From an uncultured Desulfuromonadaceae bacterium (GTDB lineage: Bacteria; Desulfobacterota; Desulfuromonadia; Geobacterales; Pseudopelobacteraceae), in assembly GCA_964292275.1 (NCBI GenBank), contig CAXYUZ010000011.1:13575-77574 (forward strand): DNA of 64,000 nt, given 5' to 3'. Shown piece by piece: positions 21,880 to 30,863 of this stretch (position 1 is its first letter; each line of letters begins with the position of its first letter). The notes below the pieces were generated by a model. It ran no database searches and was not told the DNA's origin. It saw only the letters and a program-made list of their open reading frames with translations. Both the position numbers and the translations under genes were made by a program.

Positions 21880-24210
21880 ATGGCAACCCTTTATATTATC
21901 GGCAGCGGTCCTGGCGACGTAAAACATATGACCGAAGCGGCCCTGTCTGCGATTGCAGAATCCAACACCATCGTCGGTTACGGTAATTACATCGATCTGA
22001 TCAAACCACTCACCACCGGCAAAACAATCGTATCCACCGGCATGATGCGCGAGGTTGAACGTTGCAAAGAAGCGATCCGCCTGACCCGTGAAGGGAACAA
22101 CGTCGCCCTGATCTCCGGCGGTGATGCCGGTATCTACGGCATGGCCGGGCTGATCTTTGAACTTCTTGAAAACGAACTGACTACCGGCGAGGCATTGCCG
22201 CAACCGGAGGTACAGGTCATCCCCGGCATATCGGCCGTACAGGCAGCCGCTTCCGTACTTGGCGCCCCGCTGATGCACGACTTCGCCGTCATCTCCCTCT
22301 CCGACCTGCTGACCCCCTGGGAACTGATCAAGACAAGGATTGAGGCCGCCGCCAAGGCCGACTTCGTCATGGTCATCTACAACCCGCGCAGCAAGACCCG
22401 GGTGACACAGATTGAGGAGGCAAGACGAATCTGCCTCAAATCACGTCCAGCAGAGACACCGGTCGGCATTGTCCGCAATGCCTGTCGCGACGACCAATCG
22501 TTCACGGTCACAACCCTGGGTGAAATGCTCGAACACGAGATTCACATGTCCACCATCGTTACCATCGGCAATGCCAGCAGCTTTATTGACAGCCATGGCA
22601 GAATGGTGACCCCGCGCGGTTATGCCAGAAAATTCAACGCCAACCAGCCTCCCTGCGATACAGACAAACAAAACGATCTCAAACAGCAAGCCAACGCACT
22701 CATGTTCTGTGGCACCGCCTCCGATGTGGGCAAATCCGTTCTCACCGCCGGTTTCTGCCGCATGCTCGTCAACCGTGGTATCAGTACGGCACCGTTCAAA
22801 TCCCAGAACATGTCACTGAACTCATTCGTAACCCTGGAAGGGGGCGAAATCGGCCGCGCCCAGGCCATGCAGGCCGACGCCTGCAAGATCCCGCCCCACA
22901 CCGATATGAACCCGGTACTGTTGAAACCGAACTCTGACACCGGCAGCCAGATCGTGGTCCAGGGACGCCCGGTTGGCAACATGAATGTCCATGAATACGA
23001 TGCCTATAAACCACAGGCATTTGAAAAGGTCACCGAGAGTTTCACCAACCTGTGCAACAATTTCGATTTCATCGTTGCCGAGGGGGCCGGAAGCATCTCC
23101 GAGATCAACCTCAAGCATACAGACATTGCCAACCTGAAGGTGGCTGCCATGGCCGGAGCCCCGGTGATCCTGATTGCCGACATCGACCGTGGCGGTGTCT
23201 TCGCCCAGATCGCCGGTACAATTGACCTGTTGGAGCCGGAGGAACGTGCCCTGGTCAAAGGGGTGATCATCAATAAATTCCGTGGTGATGAATCGCTGCT
23301 GACACCCGGCATCGAATTCATTCAGGAGAAAACCGGCGTACCGGTGCTGGGTGTGATCCCCTGGCTTGCGGAACTCTCTCTTCCGGCCGAGGACAGTGTC
23401 ATCCTCAGTCAAGAGATCAAGAAAACGGCCATGACAAGCGGCAAGGAGATGATCAAGGTCGGCGTCATCCGCCTGCCGCGCATCTCCAACTTCACCGATT
23501 TTGACCGCCTGCAACGTGAAGAGGACATCATCCTCAACTACATCACCACCCCTGAACAGATCGAAGGATTGGATATCCTGATCATCCCGGGCAGTAAATC
23601 CACTATCTCAGACCTGCAGTTCCTGAAAGAACGCGGCCTGTTCGATGCAGTCAAAAACTTCAACGGACGCATCATCGGCATCTGCGGCGGTTTCCAGATG
23701 CTGGGCAACCGGATCAGCGACCCGCAGGGCGTTGAATCGGGCATTGCCGAGGCAGATGGATTTGGACTGCTGCCGGTATCCACCGAGATGACCATTGAGA
23801 AGGAAACTCACCTGGCAACGGGAACCGCAGCAGCAGGGGCAACCCTGATTGCAGGCGGATACAACGGAGAAATCAGCGGCTACGAGATTCACATGGGACA
23901 GACCACCGTTGACCCTGAACGGCCATTTGCCAAACTACACAAACGTGGTGAACAGGATGTCTGCATCGCAGATGGTTCCGTGTCAGCAGACGGCCGGATC
24001 TTCGGCACATACCTGCACGGCGTCTTTGACAACTGCCGCTTCCGTGACGGTTACCTGAACCGTATCCGCACTGAAAAGGGAATGCCGACCAAGGACAACA
24101 GCGCGGCTGTTGAGCCGGATCCTTTTGATCTGCTGGCCGATCACATGGAACGTCATCTTGACATGGCCAAACTATTCGAGATCTGCGGGCTGGATCGTGT
24201 TTCTGCCTGA
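21880..24210 (+). CDS. Fusion protein: precorrin-3B C17-methyltransferase (CbiH/CobJ) N-terminal + cobyric acid synthase (CobQ/CbiP) C-terminal
   Basis: Residues 1-250 are a tetrapyrrole methylase (YIIGSGPGD...). Residues about 270-776 are CobQ, with a DGC/AAA-like ATP-binding N-terminus (FCGTASDVGKS) and a GATase1 domain (IIGICGGFQMLG). There is no stop between the two parts. Start taken at ATG 21880 after AGAGGA. The track start is 21859. Confidence 0.8.
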   Translation: MATLYIIGSGPGDVKHMTEAALSAIAESNTIVGYGNYIDLIKPLTTGKTIVSTGMMREVERCKEAIRLTREGNNVALISGGDAGIYGMAGLIFELLENELTTGEALPQPEVQVIPGISAVQAAASVLGAPLMHDFAVISLSDLLTPWELIKTRIEAAAKADFVMVIYNPRSKTRVTQIEEARRICLKSRPAETPVGIVRNACRDDQSFTVTTLGEMLEHEIHMSTIVTIGNASSFIDSHGRMVTPRGYARKFNANQPPCDTDKQNDLKQQANALMFCGTASDVGKSVLTAGFCRMLVNRGISTAPFKSQNMSLNSFVTLEGGEIGRAQAMQADACKIPPHTDMNPVLLKPNSDTGSQIVVQGRPVGNMNVHEYDAYKPQAFEKVTESFTNLCNNFDFIVAEGAGSISEINLKHTDIANLKVAAMAGAPVILIADIDRGGVFAQIAGTIDLLEPEERALVKGVIINKFRGDESLLTPGIEFIQEKTGVPVLGVIPWLAELSLPAEDSVILSQEIKKTAMTSGKEMIKVGVIRLPRISNFTDFDRLQREEDIILNYITTPEQIEGLDILIIPGSKSTISDLQFLKERGLFDAVKNFNGRIIGICGGFQMLGNRISDPQGVESGIAEADGFGLLPVSTEMTIEKETHLATGTAAAGATLIAGGYNGEISGYEIHMGQTTVDPERPFAKLHKRGEQDVCIADGSVSADGRIFGTYLHGVFDNCRFRDGYLNRIRTEKGMPTKDNSAAVEPDPFDLLADHMERHLDMAKLFEICGLDRVSA

Positions 24211-25171
24211 TCCGCTCGTCATAGCCGCGGCATGCGCACTGGATCTGACAATTGGCGATCCGCGCTGGCTGCCGCACCCGGTCATACTGATCGGCAGGCT
24301 GATCTCGACGCTGGAATCACTGTTGCGCCGTTCACACCTGCCGCTCAAGGGGGCTGGTGTGCTGCTGATGCTGCTGACCGCCGGAATAACCGCCGGTGCA
24401 ACAGCCACACTGCTCTATGCAGCCGGGCAGTACCTGCCCCATGCAGCGGCAGTTCTCATCGCAATCATCATCTCCAGCACCTGCCTGGCGGCACGCTCAC
24501 TGCACCGCGAATCGGCCGTTGTGGCCGAGGCGCTGTTTAACGGCGATATTCAGACCGCACGGACCAGACTGGCCTGGATCGTCGGCCGCGATACCGATCA
24601 ACTGGAAGAACCGGAGATCTGGCGGGCACTGATCGAGACCGTGGCGGAAAACACCGCCGACGGCATCATATCGCCACTCTTCTGGCTGGCGGCGGGTGGC
24701 CCGGTCGCCTGCATGGCCTTCAAGGCAGTCAGCACGCTTGATTCCATGGTCGGCTACAAGAACGAACGTTTCATCGACATGGGTTGGGCCTCAGCCCGGA
24801 TGGACGACCTGCTCAACCTGATCCCGGCCCGTCTGACCGCCGGATTAATGGTGTTTGCCGCACCGCTGACCAGGCTTTCATTTGGCAATGCGCTTAAAAT
24901 CACACTGCGCGACCGTCACAATCACCCGTCACCCAACAGCGCCCACCCTGAATCGGCGGCGGCCGGCGCACTTGGGATCCGCCTCGGCGGCAACTCGACC
25001 TATTCCGGTAAACTATCCGTAAAACAGTACATCGGCGATCCGCTGCATCCCATCGACGGCAACAGTTATCGCGGCATGATCCGGCTGATGTATGCATCAA
25101 CCCTGCTGATGACGCTGCTTTCCGTTGCAGCGGTCGCAATCCTGAGAGGTACCTATGGCACACATCTATGA
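24197..25171 (+). CDS. cbiB: Adenosylcobinamide-phosphate synthase CbiB/CobD
   Basis: N-terminus LVIAAACALDLTIGDPRWLPHPVILIGRLI is canonical for CbiB. Start proposed at GTG 24197, overlapping the upstream stop. The track ATG 24110 would overlap by 100 bp. Confidence 0.75.
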   Translation: MFLPDPLVIAAACALDLTIGDPRWLPHPVILIGRLISTLESLLRRSHLPLKGAGVLLMLLTAGITAGATATLLYAAGQYLPHAAAVLIAIIISSTCLAARSLHRESAVVAEALFNGDIQTARTRLAWIVGRDTDQLEEPEIWRALIETVAENTADGIISPLFWLAAGGPVACMAFKAVSTLDSMVGYKNERFIDMGWASARMDDLLNLIPARLTAGLMVFAAPLTRLSFGNALKITLRDRHNHPSPNSAHPESAAAGALGIRLGGNSTYSGKLSVKQYIGDPLHPIDGNSYRGMIRLMYASTLLMTLLSVAAVAILRGTYGTHL

Positions 25172-26231
25172 TCACGGCGGCAACATTTTCTCCGTTGCCA
25201 GACAACGAGGCTTTTCTGCAACAGAATCGATCGACTTCTCGGCCAGCATCAACCCGCTCGGACTTTCTGCGAATGTCAAAAACGCCATCAGCACTGCCAT
25301 TGACAGCCTGATTCACTATCCGGACAACAGCTGCGGCGAACTGAAACAGACCCTGGCCGAGATCCACGGTCTGACAGCAGAGCACTTCTCCATCGCCAAT
25401 GGCTCCACCGAGACCATCTACAACCTGCCTGCCATGATCAGGGGTAAAAAGGCGCTAATCGTATCACCGGCCTTCAGTGAATACGCCTACGCGCTGCAGC
25501 AGCACCATTGGGAGGTACGACACTTCATCCTTTCAGCGGACAATGATTTCGACCTCGACCTCAACCAACTTGAAGCCGCCCTGGAAGAGGGGTATGACGC
25601 CCTCTATATCTGCAACCCGGGCAACCCGAGTGGCAAGCTGTTCCCCCCGGAGACGATAACAGAAGTCTACAGGCTCTGCGGTGAGTTCGGCACATTCATG
25701 GTTCTGGATGAGGCCTTTATCGACTTCTGCCCGGAATCTTCCGCTGCCGAAGAGATACTCAAGGGAGAACATGGCATCGTCCTCCGTTCCATGACCAAGT
25801 TCTACGGATTCCCCGGACTGCGTCTGGGCTACGCTCTGGCAGTTCCGTCGCTGATCAGCCGACTTTCCGCCATGGGAGGACCATGGAGTGTCAACACCCT
25901 GGCTCAGGCTGCCGGATTGGCCGCCCTGCGCGATAAGGAGTACGCTGCAAACACGCTGACATATATGGAGTCAGAACGTAAACGAATGTTCAGCCTGCTG
26001 TCCGGGATCGAGCAGATCACACCCTATCCATCCAGGGCCAACTTCCTGCTGTCAAAACTGAACAACGCCATGACCGCCAGTGAACTCAAGGAACGACTGA
26101 TGCAAAGCCGGATCCTGATTCGTGACTGTTCCACATTCACCGGTCTCTCCAGTCAGTTTTTCCGTGTTGCCATCAAAACCACAGCGGAAAACGACAAACT
26201 GATCCACTGCCTGAAGGAAACTTTTGCGTGA
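25155..26231 (+). CDS. cobD: L-threonine-O-3-phosphate decarboxylase (aminotransferase class I/II; CobD in Salmonella nomenclature)
   Basis: 358 aa. N-terminal HGGNI motif and a PLP-aminotransferase fold. Follows cbiB with a 17-bp overlap. Confidence 0.75.
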   Translation: MAHIYDHGGNIFSVARQRGFSATESIDFSASINPLGLSANVKNAISTAIDSLIHYPDNSCGELKQTLAEIHGLTAEHFSIANGSTETIYNLPAMIRGKKALIVSPAFSEYAYALQQHHWEVRHFILSADNDFDLDLNQLEAALEEGYDALYICNPGNPSGKLFPPETITEVYRLCGEFGTFMVLDEAFIDFCPESSAAEEILKGEHGIVLRSMTKFYGFPGLRLGYALAVPSLISRLSAMGGPWSVNTLAQAAGLAALRDKEYAANTLTYMESERKRMFSLLSGIEQITPYPSRANFLLSKLNNAMTASELKERLMQSRILIRDCSTFTGLSSQFFRVAIKTTAENDKLIHCLKETFA

Positions 26232-26322
26232 CTTGCAGCACCTGGACATGCTAAAAACTTTTTCATGACCAGCGGCTTAACACCAGTCATTCAAAGTCAT
26301 AATCACGCCAGATGGAGAACCG

Positions 26323-27720
26323 ATGGAATACAAGATCAAGATCACCTGCCCGGAATGCAACTTCTTCAAGGTTTTCCCGGAAGATCTCCTGCCGAATGGT
26401 GCAAAAACACTGACCTGTCCAAAATGCAATAAAACCTTTCCACTGACCGCCGATTCAATCGCCGTACATTGCGAGCCTGACCCGCCGGCCAGTGTCACAA
26501 ATCCCCCTGCATCAGCAGTGCCACCACCATTGCCAGACAGCACCGACACAGCAGCTCAAATACTACCCCCGCCACTGCCGCAAACAGGTCAACAACCTGA
26601 ACCAGGCGAAACATCCAGCCAGCAGGCCGCAACCCCTCCGCCAATCCCGGTTACCGGTCAGCCAGAGGGACAAACACCCGGCAACCCGCAGACCCTGAAT
26701 TTCGACTTCAAGGGAACAGCAAAAGAATACTTCGGCATCTGGATCGTCAACACCCTGCTGCAGATCATCACCTGCGGAATCTACTCCCCCTGGGCCAAGG
26801 TGCGCCGGAGAAGGTTCTTCTACGCCAGTACCCTGCTGCATAACGAGCCGTTCGACTACCTGGCGGATCCTCTGGTGCTCTTCAAGGGGTGGCTGATCGG
26901 CGCTGTCATGCTGATCCTCTACAGTGTCAGCAATCAGATCAGCCCTTTCCTGAGCATGGCCATCGGTATGATCATATTCGTCGCCATCCCCTGGCTGATC
27001 GTCCGCTCCAAGGTATTCAACAACAGCAATTCAGCGCACCGCAACATCCGTTTCGGATTCAAACCAAACTACCATGAATCCTACGCCGTCTTCATGGGAC
27101 TGCCGATGCTGGTGCCAATCACACTGGGAGCGGCAGCACCCTACGTCAAGTACAGCCAGATCAAGTTTCTGGTGGAGAATACACTTTACGGATCAACACC
27201 CTTCACATTCACTGCAAAGGCCAAGGATTTTTATAAACTTTACATCAAGGTCTTTGGCGGTTTTCTGGCGCTTTTCATCATTACGATCGCATTCGGCAGC
27301 ATGTTGGATCTCAGCAGCTTTTTTTCCAAAAAGGCAACAGAGATATCCGACATGCCCGTTTTATTTTTCCCGCTGATGATCTTCGTGGTGATCAGCTATT
27401 TTCTGCTGATTGTCTACCTGACCACCGAACTGACCAACCTGACCTGGAACAAGACCACCATTACCGGCAACAGCTTTAAAAGTGTGCAGAACCCGTTCAA
27501 GGTGGCCTGGCTTCTGTTCACAAACCTTTTGGCAATCACCCTGACATGCGGTCTGCTGACCCCCTGGGCGACGGTCAGAATGACCCGTTACCGTCTTGAA
27601 TGCCTTTCTCTGGAAACAACCAACGGCATCAGCAGCTTTACCTGCGGCGACCAGAACTACACCACAACCGCCACCGGCGAAGAGATCAGCGATGTATTCG
27701 GCATCGATATCGGTTTATAA
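26323..27720 (+). CDS. Zinc-ribbon (MJ0042-type) + Pro-rich linker + DUF898 (YjgN-like) polytopic membrane protein
   Basis: N-terminal CPEC...CPKC zinc ribbon, about 90 aa of Pro/Thr/Gln-rich linker, then two internally duplicated membrane halves (GIYSPWAKVRRRRFF / GLLTPWATVRMTRY). Confidence 0.65.
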   Translation: MEYKIKITCPECNFFKVFPEDLLPNGAKTLTCPKCNKTFPLTADSIAVHCEPDPPASVTNPPASAVPPPLPDSTDTAAQILPPPLPQTGQQPEPGETSSQQAATPPPIPVTGQPEGQTPGNPQTLNFDFKGTAKEYFGIWIVNTLLQIITCGIYSPWAKVRRRRFFYASTLLHNEPFDYLADPLVLFKGWLIGAVMLILYSVSNQISPFLSMAIGMIIFVAIPWLIVRSKVFNNSNSAHRNIRFGFKPNYHESYAVFMGLPMLVPITLGAAAPYVKYSQIKFLVENTLYGSTPFTFTAKAKDFYKLYIKVFGGFLALFIITIAFGSMLDLSSFFSKKATEISDMPVLFFPLMIFVVISYFLLIVYLTTELTNLTWNKTTITGNSFKSVQNPFKVAWLLFTNLLAITLTCGLLTPWATVRMTRYRLECLSLETTNGISSFTCGDQNYTTTATGEEISDVFGIDIGL

Positions 27721-27728
27721 AAACGGCC

Positions 27729-28769
27729 ATGAACAAGTCAGAAGCGGGATATTACGACGGCAAGGTTTCAACACGCTCACAGGTTTCACTGATCAGTGAC
27801 AATCATACCCTGACCATTGTTGGCGACGGGATCCACCAGATCTACAAGCTTGACGAGGTCCGTGTTTCGGACAAAATCGGCTCTGCCAGACGAAATATCC
27901 TTCTGCCGGACGGTGGACTCTGCGATCCGGACAGACAGGCGTTTGCCAATGATCTGGAACGTCTCCAGAAGCGTGGCCACGCAAACAACATTATCCACAA
28001 GCTGGAAATAAACCTGCACTATGCCCTGGCAGCCCTGCTGCTGACGGCCCTGCTGGTCTTTGCCTTCATCCGCTTTGGCGTACCTCCGCTATCAAAATAT
28101 GTCGCCTTTGCCATCCCCCCCTCCACGGAAAACATGCTCGGCAAACACACCCTGGAAACCCTCGACACCCTGGTCTTCAAACCGAGCAAATTGAATCAAG
28201 AGCGCCGCAAACAGCTGACGGCCCGTTTCAAACAGGTCAGCGCCGCCATTCCCGGAACAGAACAGTGCCGTCTTGAATTCCGCAGCGGAGAATCAGTGGG
28301 TGCCAATGCCATGGCGCTCCCATCGGGCATTGTAGTTGTCACCGATGATCTGGTGGCACTGTCTAAAAACGACGACGAACTGGCCGGCGTCATGGCCCAC
28401 GAACTTGGCCATGTCCTGCATCGCCACATCCTGAGACACTCACTGCAAAGCTCGATTACCGGCCTGCTCATCGCAACACTGACCGGGGACATCACATCGG
28501 CCACATCCATCTCGGCCTCACTGCCGACAGCGTTGGTCAACGCCTCTTACTCCCGTGACTTTGAACGCGAAGCGGATGATATGGCCATCAGCTATATGAA
28601 AAAGAGCGCCATTCCGGTTAGCCGCTATGCCGACATCCTCGCCAGACTGCAGAGCCAGCTTGACGGCAAAAAGGGTTCCAAAAACAAGGACGAGCTGCCA
28701 TTCAAAAATTACCTCTCCACACACCCGGAAACAACCGAACGAATCAAACGCGTGCAGGAGTCGCACTGA
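27729..28769 (+). CDS. M48 family zinc metalloprotease (HtpX-like) with novel N-terminal cytoplasmic domain
   Basis: HExxH motif MAHELGHVLHRH plus downstream FEREAD. A TM hairpin follows an N-terminal soluble domain of about 100 aa. Start sits 8 bp after the DUF898 gene stop. Confidence 0.75.
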   Translation: MNKSEAGYYDGKVSTRSQVSLISDNHTLTIVGDGIHQIYKLDEVRVSDKIGSARRNILLPDGGLCDPDRQAFANDLERLQKRGHANNIIHKLEINLHYALAALLLTALLVFAFIRFGVPPLSKYVAFAIPPSTENMLGKHTLETLDTLVFKPSKLNQERRKQLTARFKQVSAAIPGTEQCRLEFRSGESVGANAMALPSGIVVVTDDLVALSKNDDELAGVMAHELGHVLHRHILRHSLQSSITGLLIATLTGDITSATSISASLPTALVNASYSRDFEREADDMAISYMKKSAIPVSRYADILARLQSQLDGKKGSKNKDELPFKNYLSTHPETTERIKRVQESH

Positions 28770-28834
28770 TTCCGATCCAGAACGCCGGGTTCAATGGCAA
28801 CTCAACAGCGACAACAACTAAGGGAGCCTTCTCC

Positions 28835-29440
28835 GTGAAACAGTTCACCAGCAGACTATTCATCACCCTCATCGCACTGACTCCCATCTCCGTTCCGTTC
28901 ACGAACAACGCCCTTGCCGAAACAGAAAACCACAAGGCAACAACAAATCCCGCCAATCCGGCAGAGCATTCCGATCAGTTACCGGGACTCGCCAACGTGG
29001 GAACCATCGCGCCAGGGATCTATCGCGGCGCGGCACCGGAAAAGAATGGCTACGCCACACTGAAGAGGATGGGGATCAAGACTGTCATTGACATGCGGAC
29101 AACCGATAATGAACAGGCCGACGTTGAGGGTGCCGGCATGCGGGCGATTAGCGTACCGATCAAAATGACTCGCAAAGGGCTAAAGGAGAAGGTCGAACAG
29201 GTCATGACGCTGATGGCCGATCCGGCCAACCAGCCGGTCTACATCCACTGCCGCCACGGTCAGGACAGAACCGGAATCGTCTCCGCCGCCTACCGGATGA
29301 AATACCAGGGGTGGTCACTCAGGGATGCAAAGAAGGAGATGCAGACATTCGGATTCAATGACATCTGGGTCAACTTCAACAGCTTCATCACCAAATACGG
29401 CAAGGATCTGCAAAGACAGAACAGGCTAAGCAAGAGGTAA
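28835..29440 (+). CDS. Secreted protein tyrosine/dual-specificity phosphatase
   Basis: Signal peptide. PTP loop HCRHGQDRTG (CX5R). Confidence 0.7.
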   Translation: MKQFTSRLFITLIALTPISVPFTNNALAETENHKATTNPANPAEHSDQLPGLANVGTIAPGIYRGAAPEKNGYATLKRMGIKTVIDMRTTDNEQADVEGAGMRAISVPIKMTRKGLKEKVEQVMTLMADPANQPVYIHCRHGQDRTGIVSAAYRMKYQGWSLRDAKKEMQTFGFNDIWVNFNSFITKYGKDLQRQNRLSKR

Positions 29441-29477
29441 TCCCCGAAGACATCTCAAAATTTCTGGAGCAACTGCA

Positions 29478-30614
29478 ATGACAACCCCTAAAACACGTAT
29501 TGCTGTATTCAGCGTTTCGGCCGGCGCCGGGCACGTTCGGGCGGCCCAGGCGATCCAGGCCGCGGCGGAAAAATGGTATCCGGACGTCGAGGTTACCCAC
29601 ATTGATCTGCTCGAAATCGTGCCAGAACTCTTCCGCAAGGTCTATTCGGAAACCTACATCAAGATCATCGAAAGGCACCCTGCCTTCTGGGGCTATCTCT
29701 ATGCCCGCTCGGACCGCGAAAAGGTCGATTCCGCCCTCTCCCGCCTGAGACTGGCAATCGAAAGGTTCAACACCAGAAATCTCCAGCAACTGCTGAAGGA
29801 ACTAAACCCGGATCACGTCATCTGCACCCACTTCCTGCCGGCCGCCCTGCTGTCGCGTAAGATTGCCAAGGGAACCTTCAACAAGCCGGTCTGGGTACAG
29901 GTAACCGATTTCGACCTGCACGCGCTCTGGGTCCAGGAAAACCTGAGCGGCTATTTTGCCGCCAGCGACGAAGTGGCCTGGCGCATGTCCCGGCGCGGTA
30001 TAAACGCGGATACGGTGACTGTCAGCGGAATCCCGATCATGCCCGTCTTCAGCGAACAGCTCTCACGCCGTGAGTGCGCCGCCGAATTCGGCCTCGATCC
30101 CGACAAGACAACCATGCTGATGATGTCTGGTGGCAACGGTGTCGGTGATATGGGGGCACTGGCCCTCGAACTGATGAAGCTGGATGGGGATTTTCAGCTG
30201 ATCGCCCTGGCTGGCAAGAACGAGGGACTTCTGAGCGCACTGCAGGCAATCGCCTCACGCTACCCGAAACGGCTGTTCCCGATGGGATTCACCAGGGTGA
30301 TTGAACGACTGATGGCTGCCAGCGATCTGGCGATTACCAAACCGGGGGGACTGACAACGGCAGAGTGTCTGGCCGTCGGACTCCCCATGGTGGTTGTTTC
30401 ACCCATACCGGGTCAGGAAGAGCGCAACGCCGACTTCCTGCTGGAAAACGGCGCGGCACTGAAAGCGCCCGATGCAGACTCACTGATCTGGCGCATAAAG
30501 GGGCTGCTGAACAACCCGGCCAGACTGCAGCAGATGGGTGCTGCCGCACGTGCCCTGGGCAAGGGGGATGCCGCCAGACGGGTGCTGGAGCGGATACTGT
30601 CACCGCCGGAATAA
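29478..30614 (+). CDS. MGDG-synthase-like glycosyltransferase (GT28 family, UgtP/MurG-like)
   Basis: N-terminus IAVFSVSAGAGHVRAAQAI and a C-terminal GT-B domain. Confidence 0.65.
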   Translation: MTTPKTRIAVFSVSAGAGHVRAAQAIQAAAEKWYPDVEVTHIDLLEIVPELFRKVYSETYIKIIERHPAFWGYLYARSDREKVDSALSRLRLAIERFNTRNLQQLLKELNPDHVICTHFLPAALLSRKIAKGTFNKPVWVQVTDFDLHALWVQENLSGYFAASDEVAWRMSRRGINADTVTVSGIPIMPVFSEQLSRRECAAEFGLDPDKTTMLMMSGGNGVGDMGALALELMKLDGDFQLIALAGKNEGLLSALQAIASRYPKRLFPMGFTRVIERLMAASDLAITKPGGLTTAECLAVGLPMVVVSPIPGQEERNADFLLENGAALKAPDADSLIWRIKGLLNNPARLQQMGAAARALGKGDAARRVLERILSPPE

Positions 30615-30700
30615 TAATATCGTGACATAGATTTTAAATGATGCGTTACGAGGCCTTGCCGCTAACACACCATTTAAAATCTGAGACTCCTGCAAAATAA

Positions 30701-30790
30701 TTGTCATCCCCGAGTGCCGTTATCAGGGATCCAGACTTTTCAGGCAATCAGAATCTGGATTCCCGATCAAAACCGCTTCGGGAATGATAA
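30701..30790. repeat. Palindromic copy of MITE-like repeat family (module + inverted module)
   Basis: ttgtcatccccgagtgccgttatcagggatccagact ... agaatctggattcccgatcaaaaccgcttcgggaatgataa. The arms are inverse complements and each resembles the 38024-38060 module. Confidence 0.6.
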
Positions 30791-30863
30791 TTTTGAACTT
30801 TTACAAGAAACTTGCTCAATATTTTTTACTATCACATCAACAGTAACCACAGGAGATCAAACC

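Noticed and set aside
27600-27728. Upstream start of M48 protease and 30714 start of flotillin-like gene from ORF track
   Set aside because: The extensions overlap upstream genes or lack an RBS. Internal ATGs (27729; 30864 after AGGAGA) fit gene spacing.
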